A stretch of 64,000 bases of DNA from assembly GCA_963422375.2 (NCBI GenBank), contig OY729428.2:2656001-2720000 (forward strand), written 5' to 3'. The notes below the pieces were generated by a model. That model saw nothing but the letters and a program-made list of their open reading frames with translations, was not told the DNA's origin and ran no database searches. How positions within the stretch are numbered: position 1 is the first letter of the stretch; each line of letters opens with the position of its first letter. This document shows positions 19,127 to 29,178 of the stretch, piece after piece. The DNA comes from Bryobacterales bacterium (GTDB lineage: Bacteria > Acidobacteriota > Terriglobia > Bryobacterales > UBA6623). The translations under genes and the position numbers were made by a program.

Positions 19127-20928
19127 CCGCCCGCATCCTATTCAAACTCGGGCTCGTCACAATTTTCCCGCTGGCCGTCACGGCGGTCGCCGTGCTGCTG
19201 CTCGTCACGGAGATCACCAGCGGACATCTCGAGCGCGGCTTGGAGCAGAGCCTCTCCGAGAAGGCGCGCCTCGTGGAGACCGCACTGCAGGGCACGGAGG
19301 CGAGGCAGTACCAAGCAATGGCGACGGAGCTCGCCCGGCGCGCCCAAGCCCGCCTGACGGTCATCGCTCCGGAAGGCGCGGTGCTCGCAGACTCCAACGC
19401 CGACCCGGCCCGGATGGAGAACCACGCCAATCGCCCGGAATTCGTCGAGGCGCTGCGCGGGCGGACATCGGTCAGCCGCCGGTTCAGCAGCACCGTCGGA
19501 ACGGACTTCCTGTACGTCGCCGCCCCCATGGCCGGCGGAGGCGCAGTGCGTCTCGCCCTGCCACTCGAGGAGGTGAACGCCCTCGTCGCTGCCAGCCGCA
19601 ACGGGATCTCCACGGTGATCCTCCTCATCGTGGCGCCGCTGCTGCTGGCGACCGCCTGGTACGCGCGGCGCATTTCCTCGCAGCTCTCGAACCTCGTGTC
19701 CCTCTCGAACGAAATCGCGAAGGGCAACTTCGACATTGACGCGTCGATCTCGAAGCGCGGCGACCTGAGGGAGCTCAACGACCTTGCTCTCAGCCTCCAG
19801 ACCACGGCGGCCAAGCTGCGCTCCACGTTCAACCAACTCCAGGAGGAGCGATCACGCTTCGCGATCGCGGTCAACGGACTCGGCGAGGGCATCCTCGTCG
19901 TGGACCGCAGGTGCCACGTCGTGCTGTACAACCCCGCCATCAAGCGCATGTTCCCCGACGAGGAGCTGCGGACCAACTCCTCGCTCGACCGCTGGCGCAA
20001 CAAGCGGATCCCCGAGATCTTCCATCACTCCATCGAGCACGGGGAGGCCTACTCGACCGAGCTGTCCGTGCAAGAGCCCGTTCAGCGCTCGTGGCGCGTC
20101 TCGTGCGCCCCGATCAAGAGCCGCAAGGGCAACATTCGGGCGGTGGCGGCGGTGTTCCACGACGTGACCGAGCTCAAGGGTCTCGACCGGATGCGCCGCG
20201 ACTTCGTGATCAACGTCTCGCACGAGCTGCGGACACCGCTGGCGTCGATAACGGGCTACGCCGAGACGCTCATGGACGGTGCGATCCACGACACCGAGAA
20301 CAACCAGCGCTTCGTGCGGATCCTGTGGCAGAACGCGCGCCGCCTCGCCCAGCTGACCTCGGACCTGATGACCCTCTCGCAGATCGAGCTTCAGGCGCGG
20401 GAATTCGAGTACCGCAGCCAAGCCGCGAGCAAGCTCCTGCGGATGGCGGCCGACGAGATGCGGCCCGTCCTGGAGCGCAAGTCGCTAGCCCTGACCGTGG
20501 GGCGCGTGGATACCGACATCACAGTCGAGTGCGACGCGAGCGCGGTCCAGCAAGTCCTCGGCAACCTGCTCGACAACGCCGCCAAGTACACCCCGGAGGG
20601 AGGGCGGATCTCCGTCGGCGTCGAGCGCCGCGAGACGCGGCTGGAGTTCTACGTGCGCGACACCGGCATCGGGATTTCCAAGGAGCACATTCCGCGGCTC
20701 TTCGAGCGCTTCTACCGGGTTGACAAGGCCAGGTCGAGGGAACTGGGAGGCACGGGCTTGGGGCTGGCAATCGTCAAGCACCTCGTGCAGGCGCACAAGG
20801 GCACGGTCTGGGTCCGCAGCGAGCCCGGCGAGGGGTCCACGTTCTGGTTCGCGCTGCCCCTCAGCCAGCCGCTGTCCGGCGGACAGCCGCTCGCGCCCCC
20901 GGCCGGTCCCGAGCTCGCCCTGCAGTAG
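19123..20928 (+). CDS. phoR: PhoR-like sensor histidine kinase (HAMP/PAS/HisKA/HATPase)
   Basis: MENHANRPE, NVSHELRTPL, LLDNAAKYT, FERFYRVDKARSRELGGTGLGLAIVKH; ATGA overlap with the regulator. Confidence 0.85.
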   Translation: MTARILFKLGLVTIFPLAVTAVAVLLLVTEITSGHLERGLEQSLSEKARLVETALQGTEARQYQAMATELARRAQARLTVIAPEGAVLADSNADPARMENHANRPEFVEALRGRTSVSRRFSSTVGTDFLYVAAPMAGGGAVRLALPLEEVNALVAASRNGISTVILLIVAPLLLATAWYARRISSQLSNLVSLSNEIAKGNFDIDASISKRGDLRELNDLALSLQTTAAKLRSTFNQLQEERSRFAIAVNGLGEGILVVDRRCHVVLYNPAIKRMFPDEELRTNSSLDRWRNKRIPEIFHHSIEHGEAYSTELSVQEPVQRSWRVSCAPIKSRKGNIRAVAAVFHDVTELKGLDRMRRDFVINVSHELRTPLASITGYAETLMDGAIHDTENNQRFVRILWQNARRLAQLTSDLMTLSQIELQAREFEYRSQAASKLLRMAADEMRPVLERKSLALTVGRVDTDITVECDASAVQQVLGNLLDNAAKYTPEGGRISVGVERRETRLEFYVRDTGIGISKEHIPRLFERFYRVDKARSRELGGTGLGLAIVKHLVQAHKGTVWVRSEPGEGSTFWFALPLSQPLSGGQPLAPPAGPELALQ

Positions 20929-21000
20929 CGGGCCGGACGCGCCCGGGTCAGGCTATGATACGGGCACCGTCTCTCGCGTCACCCGGAGTACTCTGCGACC

Positions 21001-22575
21001 ATGTTCCATCCACGCACCAAGCTGCTGCTCGCGGGGCTCGCGCTAGCCGCCGCCCTGCCGGCCGCGCCCCCCGCAGGCCGGTTCGTGCCCATCTTCGACG
21101 GCGTCTCCCTGAAGGGGTGGGAGGGCGACCCTAGGCTCTGGACGGTCGAGGACGGCGCGATCGTGGGCCGGACCACCGCGGACGATCCGATTCCGGCCAA
21201 CTCCTTCCTGATCTGGCGGCAAGGGACCGTCGACAGCTTCGAGCTCAAGTTCGAGTACTGGATGGACGGAGGCAACTCGGGCGTGCAGTACCGGAGCGTC
21301 GAGAAGCCCCGCGAATGGGGCCAGCACATCCTAGGGGGCCTGCAAGCGGACTTCGAGGCGGGCGAGAGGCATACCGGGGGCCTGTACGGGGAGCGGTCGA
21401 GGAGGATCCTCGCGCGACGCGGGGAAAAGGTCCGGATCGGCGCCGACGGCAAGCCCCAAGTCGTCGGCAGCGTCGGCGACCCGGCCGAGCTGCAGAAGCG
21501 GATCCGCCTGGACGGCTGGAACAGCTTCCAGGTGATCGCCCGCGGCAACCACTACATCCACAAGATCAACGGGCACGTGATGGTGGACGTTATCGACGAC
21601 GACCCCGCTGCGCCGGTCTCGGGCCTGGTCGGGCTGCAAGTCCACCGCGGGCCGCCCATGACGGTGAAGTTCCGTAACATCCAGCTGAAGCGGCTCGAGA
21701 TGGCCCAGGGCCGGAAGGTCGTGTTCATCGGAGGCGTCAAGAGCCACGGCTACGGGTCCCACGAGCACACCGCGGGCATCAAGCTGCTGATGCGCGCGCT
21801 CCGACAGGGCTATCCCAGCATCCACTCGGTCGCTTACTTCGACGGGCATCCCGAGGACCCGACCGCGCTGGACAACGCCGACGCCGTGGTGCTGTACAGC
21901 AACGGCGGCATGAGGCATCCGTGGCTGGGCGCGATGGGCCAAATCGACGCGCTGGCGGCGCGCCGGGCCGGCATCGGCGCGATCCACTTTGCCGTGGAGG
22001 TCCCCGAGGGCGAGCCGGGCGCGAAGTTCCTCGACTGGATCGGCGGGTACTTCGAGCGCTGGTGGTCGGTGAATCCGCACTGGACGCTCCGGGACGTGAA
22101 GCTGGCGGAGGCTCACCCGATCGCCAGGGGCGTCGAGCCGTTCGAGATCAACGACGAGTGGTACTTCCAAATGCGGTTCCGCGCCGGGATGCGGGGCATC
22201 ACGCCGATCCTGCAGGCAGTGCCGCCGAAGGAGTCGATGAGCCGTCCGGACGGGCCGGCCTCCGGCAATCCCTACGCCCGCGCCGCGGTCGAGCGGCGCG
22301 AGATCCAGACGCTGATGTGGGCCAGCGAGCGTCCGAACGGGGGAAGGGGCTTCGGCTTCACCGGCGGTCACGTCCACTGGAACTGGGCGCACCCCGGCTA
22401 TCGCAAGCTCGTCCTCAACGCGATCGCGTGGATCGCCGGCGAGGAGGTGCCGCCAGGCGGCATCGAGTCGGGCCCGTTCGCCATGGTCGACATGCTCGCC
22501 CACCAGGACTACCGCCCGTGGGGCCGCTACAGCGAGGCGGATGTCCGGGGCATGGTGGGTTCCTGGGCCGAGTAG
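21001..22575 (+). CDS. secreted DUF1080 (3-keto-disaccharide hydrolase-like) + ThuA-like fusion protein
   Basis: IFDGVSLKGWEG, NSGVQYRS, GLQVHRG, VKFRNI (DUF1080), then SHGYGSHEH, DEWYF, FTGGHVHWNW (ThuA/GATase-like). Confidence 0.85.
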   Translation: MFHPRTKLLLAGLALAAALPAAPPAGRFVPIFDGVSLKGWEGDPRLWTVEDGAIVGRTTADDPIPANSFLIWRQGTVDSFELKFEYWMDGGNSGVQYRSVEKPREWGQHILGGLQADFEAGERHTGGLYGERSRRILARRGEKVRIGADGKPQVVGSVGDPAELQKRIRLDGWNSFQVIARGNHYIHKINGHVMVDVIDDDPAAPVSGLVGLQVHRGPPMTVKFRNIQLKRLEMAQGRKVVFIGGVKSHGYGSHEHTAGIKLLMRALRQGYPSIHSVAYFDGHPEDPTALDNADAVVLYSNGGMRHPWLGAMGQIDALAARRAGIGAIHFAVEVPEGEPGAKFLDWIGGYFERWWSVNPHWTLRDVKLAEAHPIARGVEPFEINDEWYFQMRFRAGMRGITPILQAVPPKESMSRPDGPASGNPYARAAVERREIQTLMWASERPNGGRGFGFTGGHVHWNWAHPGYRKLVLNAIAWIAGEEVPPGGIESGPFAMVDMLAHQDYRPWGRYSEADVRGMVGSWAE

Positions 22576-22594
22576 CCCGGCGGCCCCCCTCGCC

Positions 22595-24499
22595 TCAGGC
22601 GGTTCGCTCCCGCTCGGCCAAGCTGAACCTCTGGTGCCAGGTCGAGTCCGCTCCGCCACCGACGCGCGCCACGTTCGCTTCGATCAGGTAGGCGCGACCG
22701 TCCCGCAGCGCCGCCCGGCCGCGCCGGAAAGCCGCGTCCAGCTGGCTGCCGTGCTCCACCCGCTCGCCGGCCACGCCCTGCGACTCGGCCAGCTTGACGA
22801 AGTCGATGTCGGGATCGCCCAGGTACATACCGGTGTACTTGTTCCGCTCCACCATCTTGCCGCGGTAGCGGTGGTAGGCGTGCCGGACCGTCTGGTAGTT
22901 GCGGTTGTTGGAGACGACCGTCAGGACGGGGATCTCGTAGCGGGCCTGCGTCCAGAAGCCCGCGGCGCTGTACATCAGCGCGCCGTCGCCGATCGAGCAG
23001 ACGACCTCGCGGCCGGGCGAGGCCAGCTTGACGCCCGTTGACGCGCCGACGCCCCAGCCCAGGCCGAAGCCGGAGGCGGTGATCCAGGCGGTCTCGCCCT
23101 CGCGGTGACCCTGCCGCACGTGGGCGTGGTTCGCGGTCAGGTTCTCGCCGACGAGGATCGAGCCGGGGGCGATCCCGCGGCCAAGCGCGGCGCCGAGCTC
23201 GTCCGGGTGGATCGGCGAACGGCCGGCGGCGGCCTTGGCGGCGGCGTCCGCCGCGGCCAAGCGCTCCTCGTAGCGCTCGCGGTGGGCGCTGGCGCGCGGC
23301 TCGGCGATTCTGGCGCGGCGCTCAGCGGTGGTGATCGACTCCACGGCATCGATCAGATCGCGTATCCCGTCGCGCACATCGGCCACGAGCGGCTCGTCGA
23401 CGGGGTAGTTCCGGCCCATGTTGCCGCCGTCCATCCCCAAGCGCACGAAGCGCGCCGCGACCGGCGCCTCGGCCTCGGCGGGGACCACGCGCCCGCCGAA
23501 GTCCTCGGCCCCGAGCATGACCAGCAGGTCCGCGGCCGGGCCCGCCGCGTTCATGCGGAAGCGCCCCGCATTGTGCGGGTGGTGCGACGGGAAGTTCGCG
23601 AAGCCCTGCCCGTTGTTGGTTACGGGCAGCCCGAGGGTCTCGGAAAGCCGGATCAGGTCGTCCTGCGCGCCGGACCTCCAAACCTCGTCGCCCACGACCA
23701 GCACCGGGTTCGAAGCCTCGACCAGCATGCGCGCCGCCCGCTCGACGCCGTCCCGCGACGGTCGCGGGCGCGCGCGGCCGAGGAATCTCGCGCCCGGATA
23801 CACGTCTGCCTCGATGCCCTTCGCCTCGAGGGCGTGATGGGCTATCGCCAGGTACACCGGCCCTCCGGGAGCAGCCACCGCCGTCTTGAACGCCCGGCGC
23901 AGCATCAGGGCCAGCGAGCGGGGCTCGCGCGCCTCCCACGAAATCTTCGTGAACTGGCGGTTGATCTCCTTCTGGTCGTAGCCTGGGCTCGGCGCCAGCA
24001 CGGCCTCGTCGCTCCACATCTCGTTGTCGTTGAGGCCCGCTGTAACGACGAGCGCGGAGCCGTCCTTGGCCGCGTTGTACATCTGGCCGGCCGCTTGGGC
24101 AGTGCCGGCAACGACGTGCAGGTTGAGCAAGGCGGGCTTGCCGCTGGCCCGGTGGTAGCCGTCCGCCATCGAGACCACCAGTCCCTCGTGCAGGCCGAGG
24201 ATGAGCTGCATGCCGGGCTGGTCCAGGAAGGCGTCGAAGAACCCGACCTCGAACGAGCCTGGGTTGGTGAACAGGTACTCGACGCCCGCCGCCTTCATCT
24301 GCTCGACCACGGCCTCCCCGCCGCTGCCGCTGACCCGGGAACTGCCGTCCCCGTCCTGTCCCAGAACGGCCTCGGCGGCCTCCATCGGGCGAAGCACCGA
24401 TTCGGCGGCGACGGCCGTGAAGCCAGCCGCCACGAGGCGCTCGAAGACGCCCCTCCTCGAAAGCTTCCCGCACAGGTAGCGTTGTACGACTTCGCGCAT
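22595..24499 (-). CDS. thiamine pyrophosphate-dependent enzyme (benzoylformate decarboxylase/ALS-like)
   Basis: FTNPGSFE, GLHEG, ThDP motif IGDGA...SNN. Confidence 0.9.
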   Translation of the reverse strand: MREVVQRYLCGKLSRRGVFERLVAAGFTAVAAESVLRPMEAAEAVLGQDGDGSSRVSGSGGEAVVEQMKAAGVEYLFTNPGSFEVGFFDAFLDQPGMQLILGLHEGLVVSMADGYHRASGKPALLNLHVVAGTAQAAGQMYNAAKDGSALVVTAGLNDNEMWSDEAVLAPSPGYDQKEINRQFTKISWEAREPRSLALMLRRAFKTAVAAPGGPVYLAIAHHALEAKGIEADVYPGARFLGRARPRPSRDGVERAARMLVEASNPVLVVGDEVWRSGAQDDLIRLSETLGLPVTNNGQGFANFPSHHPHNAGRFRMNAAGPAADLLVMLGAEDFGGRVVPAEAEAPVAARFVRLGMDGGNMGRNYPVDEPLVADVRDGIRDLIDAVESITTAERRARIAEPRASAHRERYEERLAAADAAAKAAAGRSPIHPDELGAALGRGIAPGSILVGENLTANHAHVRQGHREGETAWITASGFGLGWGVGASTGVKLASPGREVVCSIGDGALMYSAAGFWTQARYEIPVLTVVSNNRNYQTVRHAYHRYRGKMVERNKYTGMYLGDPDIDFVKLAESQGVAGERVEHGSQLDAAFRRGRAALRDGRAYLIEANVARVGGGADSTWHQRFSLAERERTA

Positions 24500-24583
24500 G
24501 ACGGACCTCCCGCCAAGAGTCTACGCGAATCCCGCCGCCGAGTCGCCGGGACGTGGCCGGGCGCGCTCCCCTATCCTTGAACG

Positions 24584-25954
24584 ATGGACGCGGTCGCCGC
24601 CGTCGCCGACGGGTTCGCGAGGCTCGCCTGGGGCCCTTGGCTGCTGGTGCTCCTTCTGGGAGGGGGCTGCTACTTCTTCCTGTATTCGCGCCTGCTGCCG
24701 TTCCGGCATCTCGCGCACGCCCTGCGGGTGCTCGCAGGCAAGTACGACAACCCGTCGGACACGGGCCAAATCTCGCACTTCCAAGCTCTGAGCAGCGCTC
24801 TCGCGGGGACCATCGGCATGGGTAACATCGCCAGCGTTGCCGTCGCGATCCAGACCGGTGGCCCTGGCACGATCTTCTGGATGTGGGTATGCGCGATCGC
24901 CGGCATCGCCACGAAGTTCTTCACCTGCACGGCGGCCATCCAGTTTCGCGGGCCAGACAGCGAGGGCGTCATGCAAGGCGGTCCCATGTACGCCATCGTC
25001 TACGGCATCGGCAGGCGCTGGCGGCCTCTCGCGGTGTTCTTCTCGACATGCGCGCTATGCGGGACCCTGCCGATGTTCCAAGCCAACCAGCTGACGCAGA
25101 TTCTCCGGGACACCATCGCGATTCCGACGGGCCTCGTCGCGGATCCGTCGAGCCCGTGGAAGTTCAACCTGGCAGTCGGACTCGCTGTCTCTACGCTGGC
25201 CGGATGGGTGCTGTCCGGAGGGATTCGGCGCATCGGGAGGGTGGCTGCCCAGCTCGTGCCCGCGATGGTCGCGCTTTATCTCGGAACCGCCCTGCTGATC
25301 ATCGCCCTGAATCTCGAGAGGGTCCCGGAGGTGATGGCCCTGATCCTGACCGATGCCTTCTCCGGCCATGCGGTCGCCGGCGGCGCGCTAGGAACGGTGA
25401 TCGTCACGGGCGTGCGACGCGCCGCTTTCTCGAACGAGGCCGGCATCGGGTCCGAAGCTCTGGCTCACGGGGCGGCCAAGACCGACGAACCGGTGCGCGA
25501 GGGACTGGTGGCCATGCTCGGGCCGATAATCGACACCCTGCTCGTTTGCAGCGCGACGGCGTTGATCATTCTCGGCACGGGAACCTGGCTCGATGCGGGG
25601 AGCGAAGGCGTGACGGTCACCGCGGCCGCCTTCGAGCAGGCTCTGCCGGGCATCGGAATCTACATCCTCCTCCTGTGCGTAGTGTTCTTTGCCGTGAGCA
25701 CGGTCCTGACATGCGGATACTACGGAGAAAAGTCTCTCGGCTTCCTCGTCGGTGCCCAGCGGCAGGCCCATTACAAGTACATCTACGTGGCCGCCATCAC
25801 CATCGGGGCGGTGGGATCGCTGACCACGGTCCTCGACTTCATCGACGGCATGTACGGTTTCATGGCGATCCCGACAATGGTCTCTACGCTTTGGCTGTCC
25901 CCGCTGGTGATGCAGGAAGCGCGCCGCTACCTGAAGGCCGTCCCCGCCCGTTGA
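24584..25954 (+). CDS. alanine/glycine:cation symporter (AGCS family)
   Basis: ISHFQAL..ALAGTIGMGNI, GGPG..FWMW, FSNEAGIGS, IDTLLVC. Confidence 0.95.
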   Translation: MDAVAAVADGFARLAWGPWLLVLLLGGGCYFFLYSRLLPFRHLAHALRVLAGKYDNPSDTGQISHFQALSSALAGTIGMGNIASVAVAIQTGGPGTIFWMWVCAIAGIATKFFTCTAAIQFRGPDSEGVMQGGPMYAIVYGIGRRWRPLAVFFSTCALCGTLPMFQANQLTQILRDTIAIPTGLVADPSSPWKFNLAVGLAVSTLAGWVLSGGIRRIGRVAAQLVPAMVALYLGTALLIIALNLERVPEVMALILTDAFSGHAVAGGALGTVIVTGVRRAAFSNEAGIGSEALAHGAAKTDEPVREGLVAMLGPIIDTLLVCSATALIILGTGTWLDAGSEGVTVTAAAFEQALPGIGIYILLLCVVFFAVSTVLTCGYYGEKSLGFLVGAQRQAHYKYIYVAAITIGAVGSLTTVLDFIDGMYGFMAIPTMVSTLWLSPLVMQEARRYLKAVPAR

Positions 25955-26844
25955 GCGCTTCGGCCGCATCGCACTCGCGCCCGACCGGCGCCGCCGGGAC
26001 CGGCTCGCGGCGCCGCTCGCTCCTCCCGGCCTCGCTCGTTGCCTGCCTCGCGCTGGCCGTGGCGCCCCGCCCCTCCCCCGCCCAAGCGAAGCTGCAGCCC
26101 GAGACGGTCAGGGCGTTCGAGGAGCACGCTCGGACGGCGGACCGGGATTTCGAGAGCCGACTGAGCGGCGAGGCTCGCTTCCTTCGCGTGTGGGAAGACC
26201 CGAGACGCGCCGACGCGGTGTCGCAAGGGAAAATCGCCGTGGCCGCGTCGCTGGAGATCGGCTACCTCGACGTGCCGGGCGGGCTGATTCACGACTGGAC
26301 CGCCGCCGCGCTAGTTCCCGGCGCTAGGGTGGAACAGGTGGTTGACAGCGTCACCTCCTACGACAGTCACGCGACAACATACGCGCCGATGGTCGTCCGG
26401 TCGCGGATTCTGTCTCGCGACGGCGGAAAGTACCGCGTCGCGATGCGGATGCTGGCGCGCAACGTGCTGACGGCGGTCCTCGAGACCGAGCATGCCGCGG
26501 AATTCGCGCGCATCGACGACGGGCGCTGGTGGGGCCGCTCGCGCAGCACCAGCATCCGCGAGGTGGTCCGCCCCGGCAAGCCGGGCGAGTCTCTCCGCCC
26601 GGTCGGCGACGACAGCGGTTTCCTGTGGCGGATGCGCGTCTTCTGGCGCTTTGCGCAGACGAAGGAGGGCACGGTCGCGGAGTACCGGGCGATCACGCTC
26701 ACTCGCGGCATTCCGAAAGCCCTGCGCTGGATGCTGCGGCCCGTGCTCACCGCCCTGCCGCGCAACGCGATGGAGGACGTGCTGCGGCTCACGCGAGAGG
26801 CCGCGCTGGCGCGCGGCGCGGGCGGCGCGCAGCCAGCACCGTGA
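25951..26844 (+). CDS. conserved hypothetical secreted protein; start uncertain
   Basis: signal-like LLPASLVACLALAVAP; protein-like VPGGLIHDW, GDDSGFLWRM; codon bias as neighbouring genes; 3' part of the 24883..26844 ORF. Confidence 0.7.
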   Translation: MSASAASHSRPTGAAGTGSRRRSLLPASLVACLALAVAPRPSPAQAKLQPETVRAFEEHARTADRDFESRLSGEARFLRVWEDPRRADAVSQGKIAVAASLEIGYLDVPGGLIHDWTAAALVPGARVEQVVDSVTSYDSHATTYAPMVVRSRILSRDGGKYRVAMRMLARNVLTAVLETEHAAEFARIDDGRWWGRSRSTSIREVVRPGKPGESLRPVGDDSGFLWRMRVFWRFAQTKEGTVAEYRAITLTRGIPKALRWMLRPVLTALPRNAMEDVLRLTREAALARGAGGAQPAP

Positions 26845-26867
26845 AACGGGGTCTTACAATGGCCGCG

Positions 26868-28244
26868 ATGTACCTTCGCCTAGCTACAGCGGCGCTCGCG
26901 CTCGCGACGGCGCTCGCGGCCCGCCCTCCCAGCATCCTGCTCATCGTCTCGGACGACCAGGGCTACATGGACTTAGGGTCCATGGGCAGTCCGGATATCC
27001 TGACCCCGCGCCTCGACCGACTGGCTGCGGAGGGAGCCCGGCTGACGAGCTACTACGCGGCGTTTCCCGTCTGCACGCCGTCCAGGGGCGCGCTCCTGAC
27101 GGGGCGCTACCCGCAGCGCAACGGGACGTACGACAACTTCCGCAACGACCGGGTCAACGACGGCTACCGCTACCCCGCATACGAATACGCCATCAGCCCC
27201 GAGCGCATCCTCGGGATGGACACCAGAGAGGTTCTGCTGTCGCAATTGCTCTCCGAGGCCGGCTACGCGACCGCAGTCTTCGGCAAGTGGGATCTCGGCT
27301 CGCTGAAGCGATTCCTCCCGACCCAGCGGGGGTTCGACGACTTCTACGGCTTCGTCAACACCGGCATCGACTACTGGACCCACGAGCGCTACGGCACGCC
27401 GTCGATGTACCGCCGCAACGCTCCGACTCAGGAGGACAGGGGCAAGTACACGACCGACCTGTTCGAGCGGGAGACGCTGCGATTCATCGACCAGCACCAC
27501 GACGAGCCATTCTTCGTCTACCTCTCGTACAACGCCCCCCACGGCGCGTCCAGCCTGGACCGCGGCATTCGCGGGTTCGTGCAGGCACCCGGCGTGTGCC
27601 TGGACAAGTACGCTTCCCCGGACGGGCTCGCCGCCGAGAAGCGGCACAAGTTCATGGCCGCGGTCACGTGCATGGACGCCTCCATCGGGAGGATCCTGGA
27701 CCGCTTGAACGAACACGGCCTCCGCGACAGCACGATCGTCATCTTCGTGTCCGACAACGGGGCCGGAGGCGCCGGGGATTCGGGCCCCTTGCGCGGGCGC
27801 AAGGGGCAGATGTTCGAGGGTGGCGTCCGTGTGCCGTTCATCGTGCGCTGGCCCGGGCAGATCGAGCCCGGCACGGTCAGCGACGAATTCCTGAGCGGCC
27901 TCGAAGTGTTTCCTACGCTCGCCCGGGCCGCCGGCGCCGAGCTCCCCGACGGAGTCGAACTCGACGGATTCGACATGCTCGCGACGATCCGCGGCGAGGA
28001 GACGTCAAGGCGCGAGACGATGTTCTGGGAACGCCAGGGAGAGTACGGCGCGCGCGTGGGCAAGTGGAAGCTGGTCAGTTCGCGCCGCGGGGGAGGCCTG
28101 TTCGACCTGTCCGAGGATCTGGGCGAATCGAACGACCTCAGCGCCAAGCTGCCGCAAGTCCGGAAGCGCTTGGAGCGCCGCTACCGGGAATGGGTCCGGG
28201 ACATGGCGGAGGCGGCACCGAGAGGCCCCTTCAAGGACTACTGA
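26868..28244 (+). CDS. sulfatase (Cys-type)
   Basis: SILLIVSDDQGY, VCTPSRGALLTG, GKWDLG, NAPH, SDNG; signal peptide. Confidence 0.93.
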   Translation: MYLRLATAALALATALAARPPSILLIVSDDQGYMDLGSMGSPDILTPRLDRLAAEGARLTSYYAAFPVCTPSRGALLTGRYPQRNGTYDNFRNDRVNDGYRYPAYEYAISPERILGMDTREVLLSQLLSEAGYATAVFGKWDLGSLKRFLPTQRGFDDFYGFVNTGIDYWTHERYGTPSMYRRNAPTQEDRGKYTTDLFERETLRFIDQHHDEPFFVYLSYNAPHGASSLDRGIRGFVQAPGVCLDKYASPDGLAAEKRHKFMAAVTCMDASIGRILDRLNEHGLRDSTIVIFVSDNGAGGAGDSGPLRGRKGQMFEGGVRVPFIVRWPGQIEPGTVSDEFLSGLEVFPTLARAAGAELPDGVELDGFDMLATIRGEETSRRETMFWERQGEYGARVGKWKLVSSRRGGGLFDLSEDLGESNDLSAKLPQVRKRLERRYREWVRDMAEAAPRGPFKDY

Positions 28245-28482
28245 GCTAAGAGCCGGCTAGGGCGATCTCGAATCGGGACGGTGCTCCGGTCGCGCGGCTC
28301 CGCGCGGACACGCGCGGTTGCTGCCTGCCGGGCCGAACTGGCTGGAAGAATCGGCGAGTCCGGCCTGGAGTCGGCTCTCTCCGGTTCGGCGCTTGGGTGC
28401 TCGCCGGCTCGGTCCACCGTGAGGGCAAGCTCGTCGCGACCGCGGTCGGCTTGCCCGGTACGAAATCAAGCGCATGATGATT

Positions 28483-29178
28483 TCAAGAACGCCGATCGTA
28501 TGTCCCGCGAAAGCCCATCCATGACAAGACGGTTCGCGGAGGGAAGCGCGGATCGCCTTCCACCGGCCGGACGGCGAACCTCTCCAGCGTACGCGAGAGC
28601 AGTCGGACCCGAACTCCCGCGTGACGCACCGCACGGGCGAGTTCGTAAAGGCTCAGGCCTTCCTCCAATGCCAGCCGCAGGAGGCTCTCGGGCTTCGCGC
28701 AAACGAAAAGCTCGTGCAGCAGGAAGCGCTCGTCGCTTTCGGGGCGCGGCTTGCACAGAACGGCCGCCATTCCGTCCGTGGAAGGGCAGGCACCGACGCC
28801 CGCCATGTGCCTCCGAAGCAAAGTGCTCAGGAAGCGGTGCGACGGGGTTGGTCGCGATGACGGCCGACGCAGAGCACGCGGATGAACGAACCATTCCAAT
28901 GGCGGGGGTTCGAGCGTCGGCTCTCCCGTCAAGAGCGTGCCGGGACGAGGCGGAGGGTTGCCCGGGGGGCCAAAGACGCAGTTGCGATCCCCGCGCAGCT
29001 CCTCATCGGGATTCTTGCCACACCTGACATAGTGCTCGACGATCCGCCGTTCCCGCTCTGCGACGAGTTCTTCGTCTGTCGGCATGCGGTGCCCTGGAAC
29101 CGGGCGAGGGGACCGGAAGTACGCACGAACGGCGTTCAAGTCTAGAGCACCCAAGCAGACCATCCCATCGAGTCTCAT
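28483..29178 (-). CDS. hypothetical protein coupled to the AbiEii-like gene (candidate antitoxin/partner)
   Basis: 231-aa ORF whose ATG overlaps the stop of the AbiEii-like gene (ATGA, 29175-29178); no recognisable domain. Confidence 0.55.
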   Translation of the reverse strand: MRLDGMVCLGALDLNAVRAYFRSPRPVPGHRMPTDEELVAERERRIVEHYVRCGKNPDEELRGDRNCVFGPPGNPPPRPGTLLTGEPTLEPPPLEWFVHPRALRRPSSRPTPSHRFLSTLLRRHMAGVGACPSTDGMAAVLCKPRPESDERFLLHELFVCAKPESLLRLALEEGLSLYELARAVRHAGVRVRLLSRTLERFAVRPVEGDPRFPPRTVLSWMGFRGTYDRRS

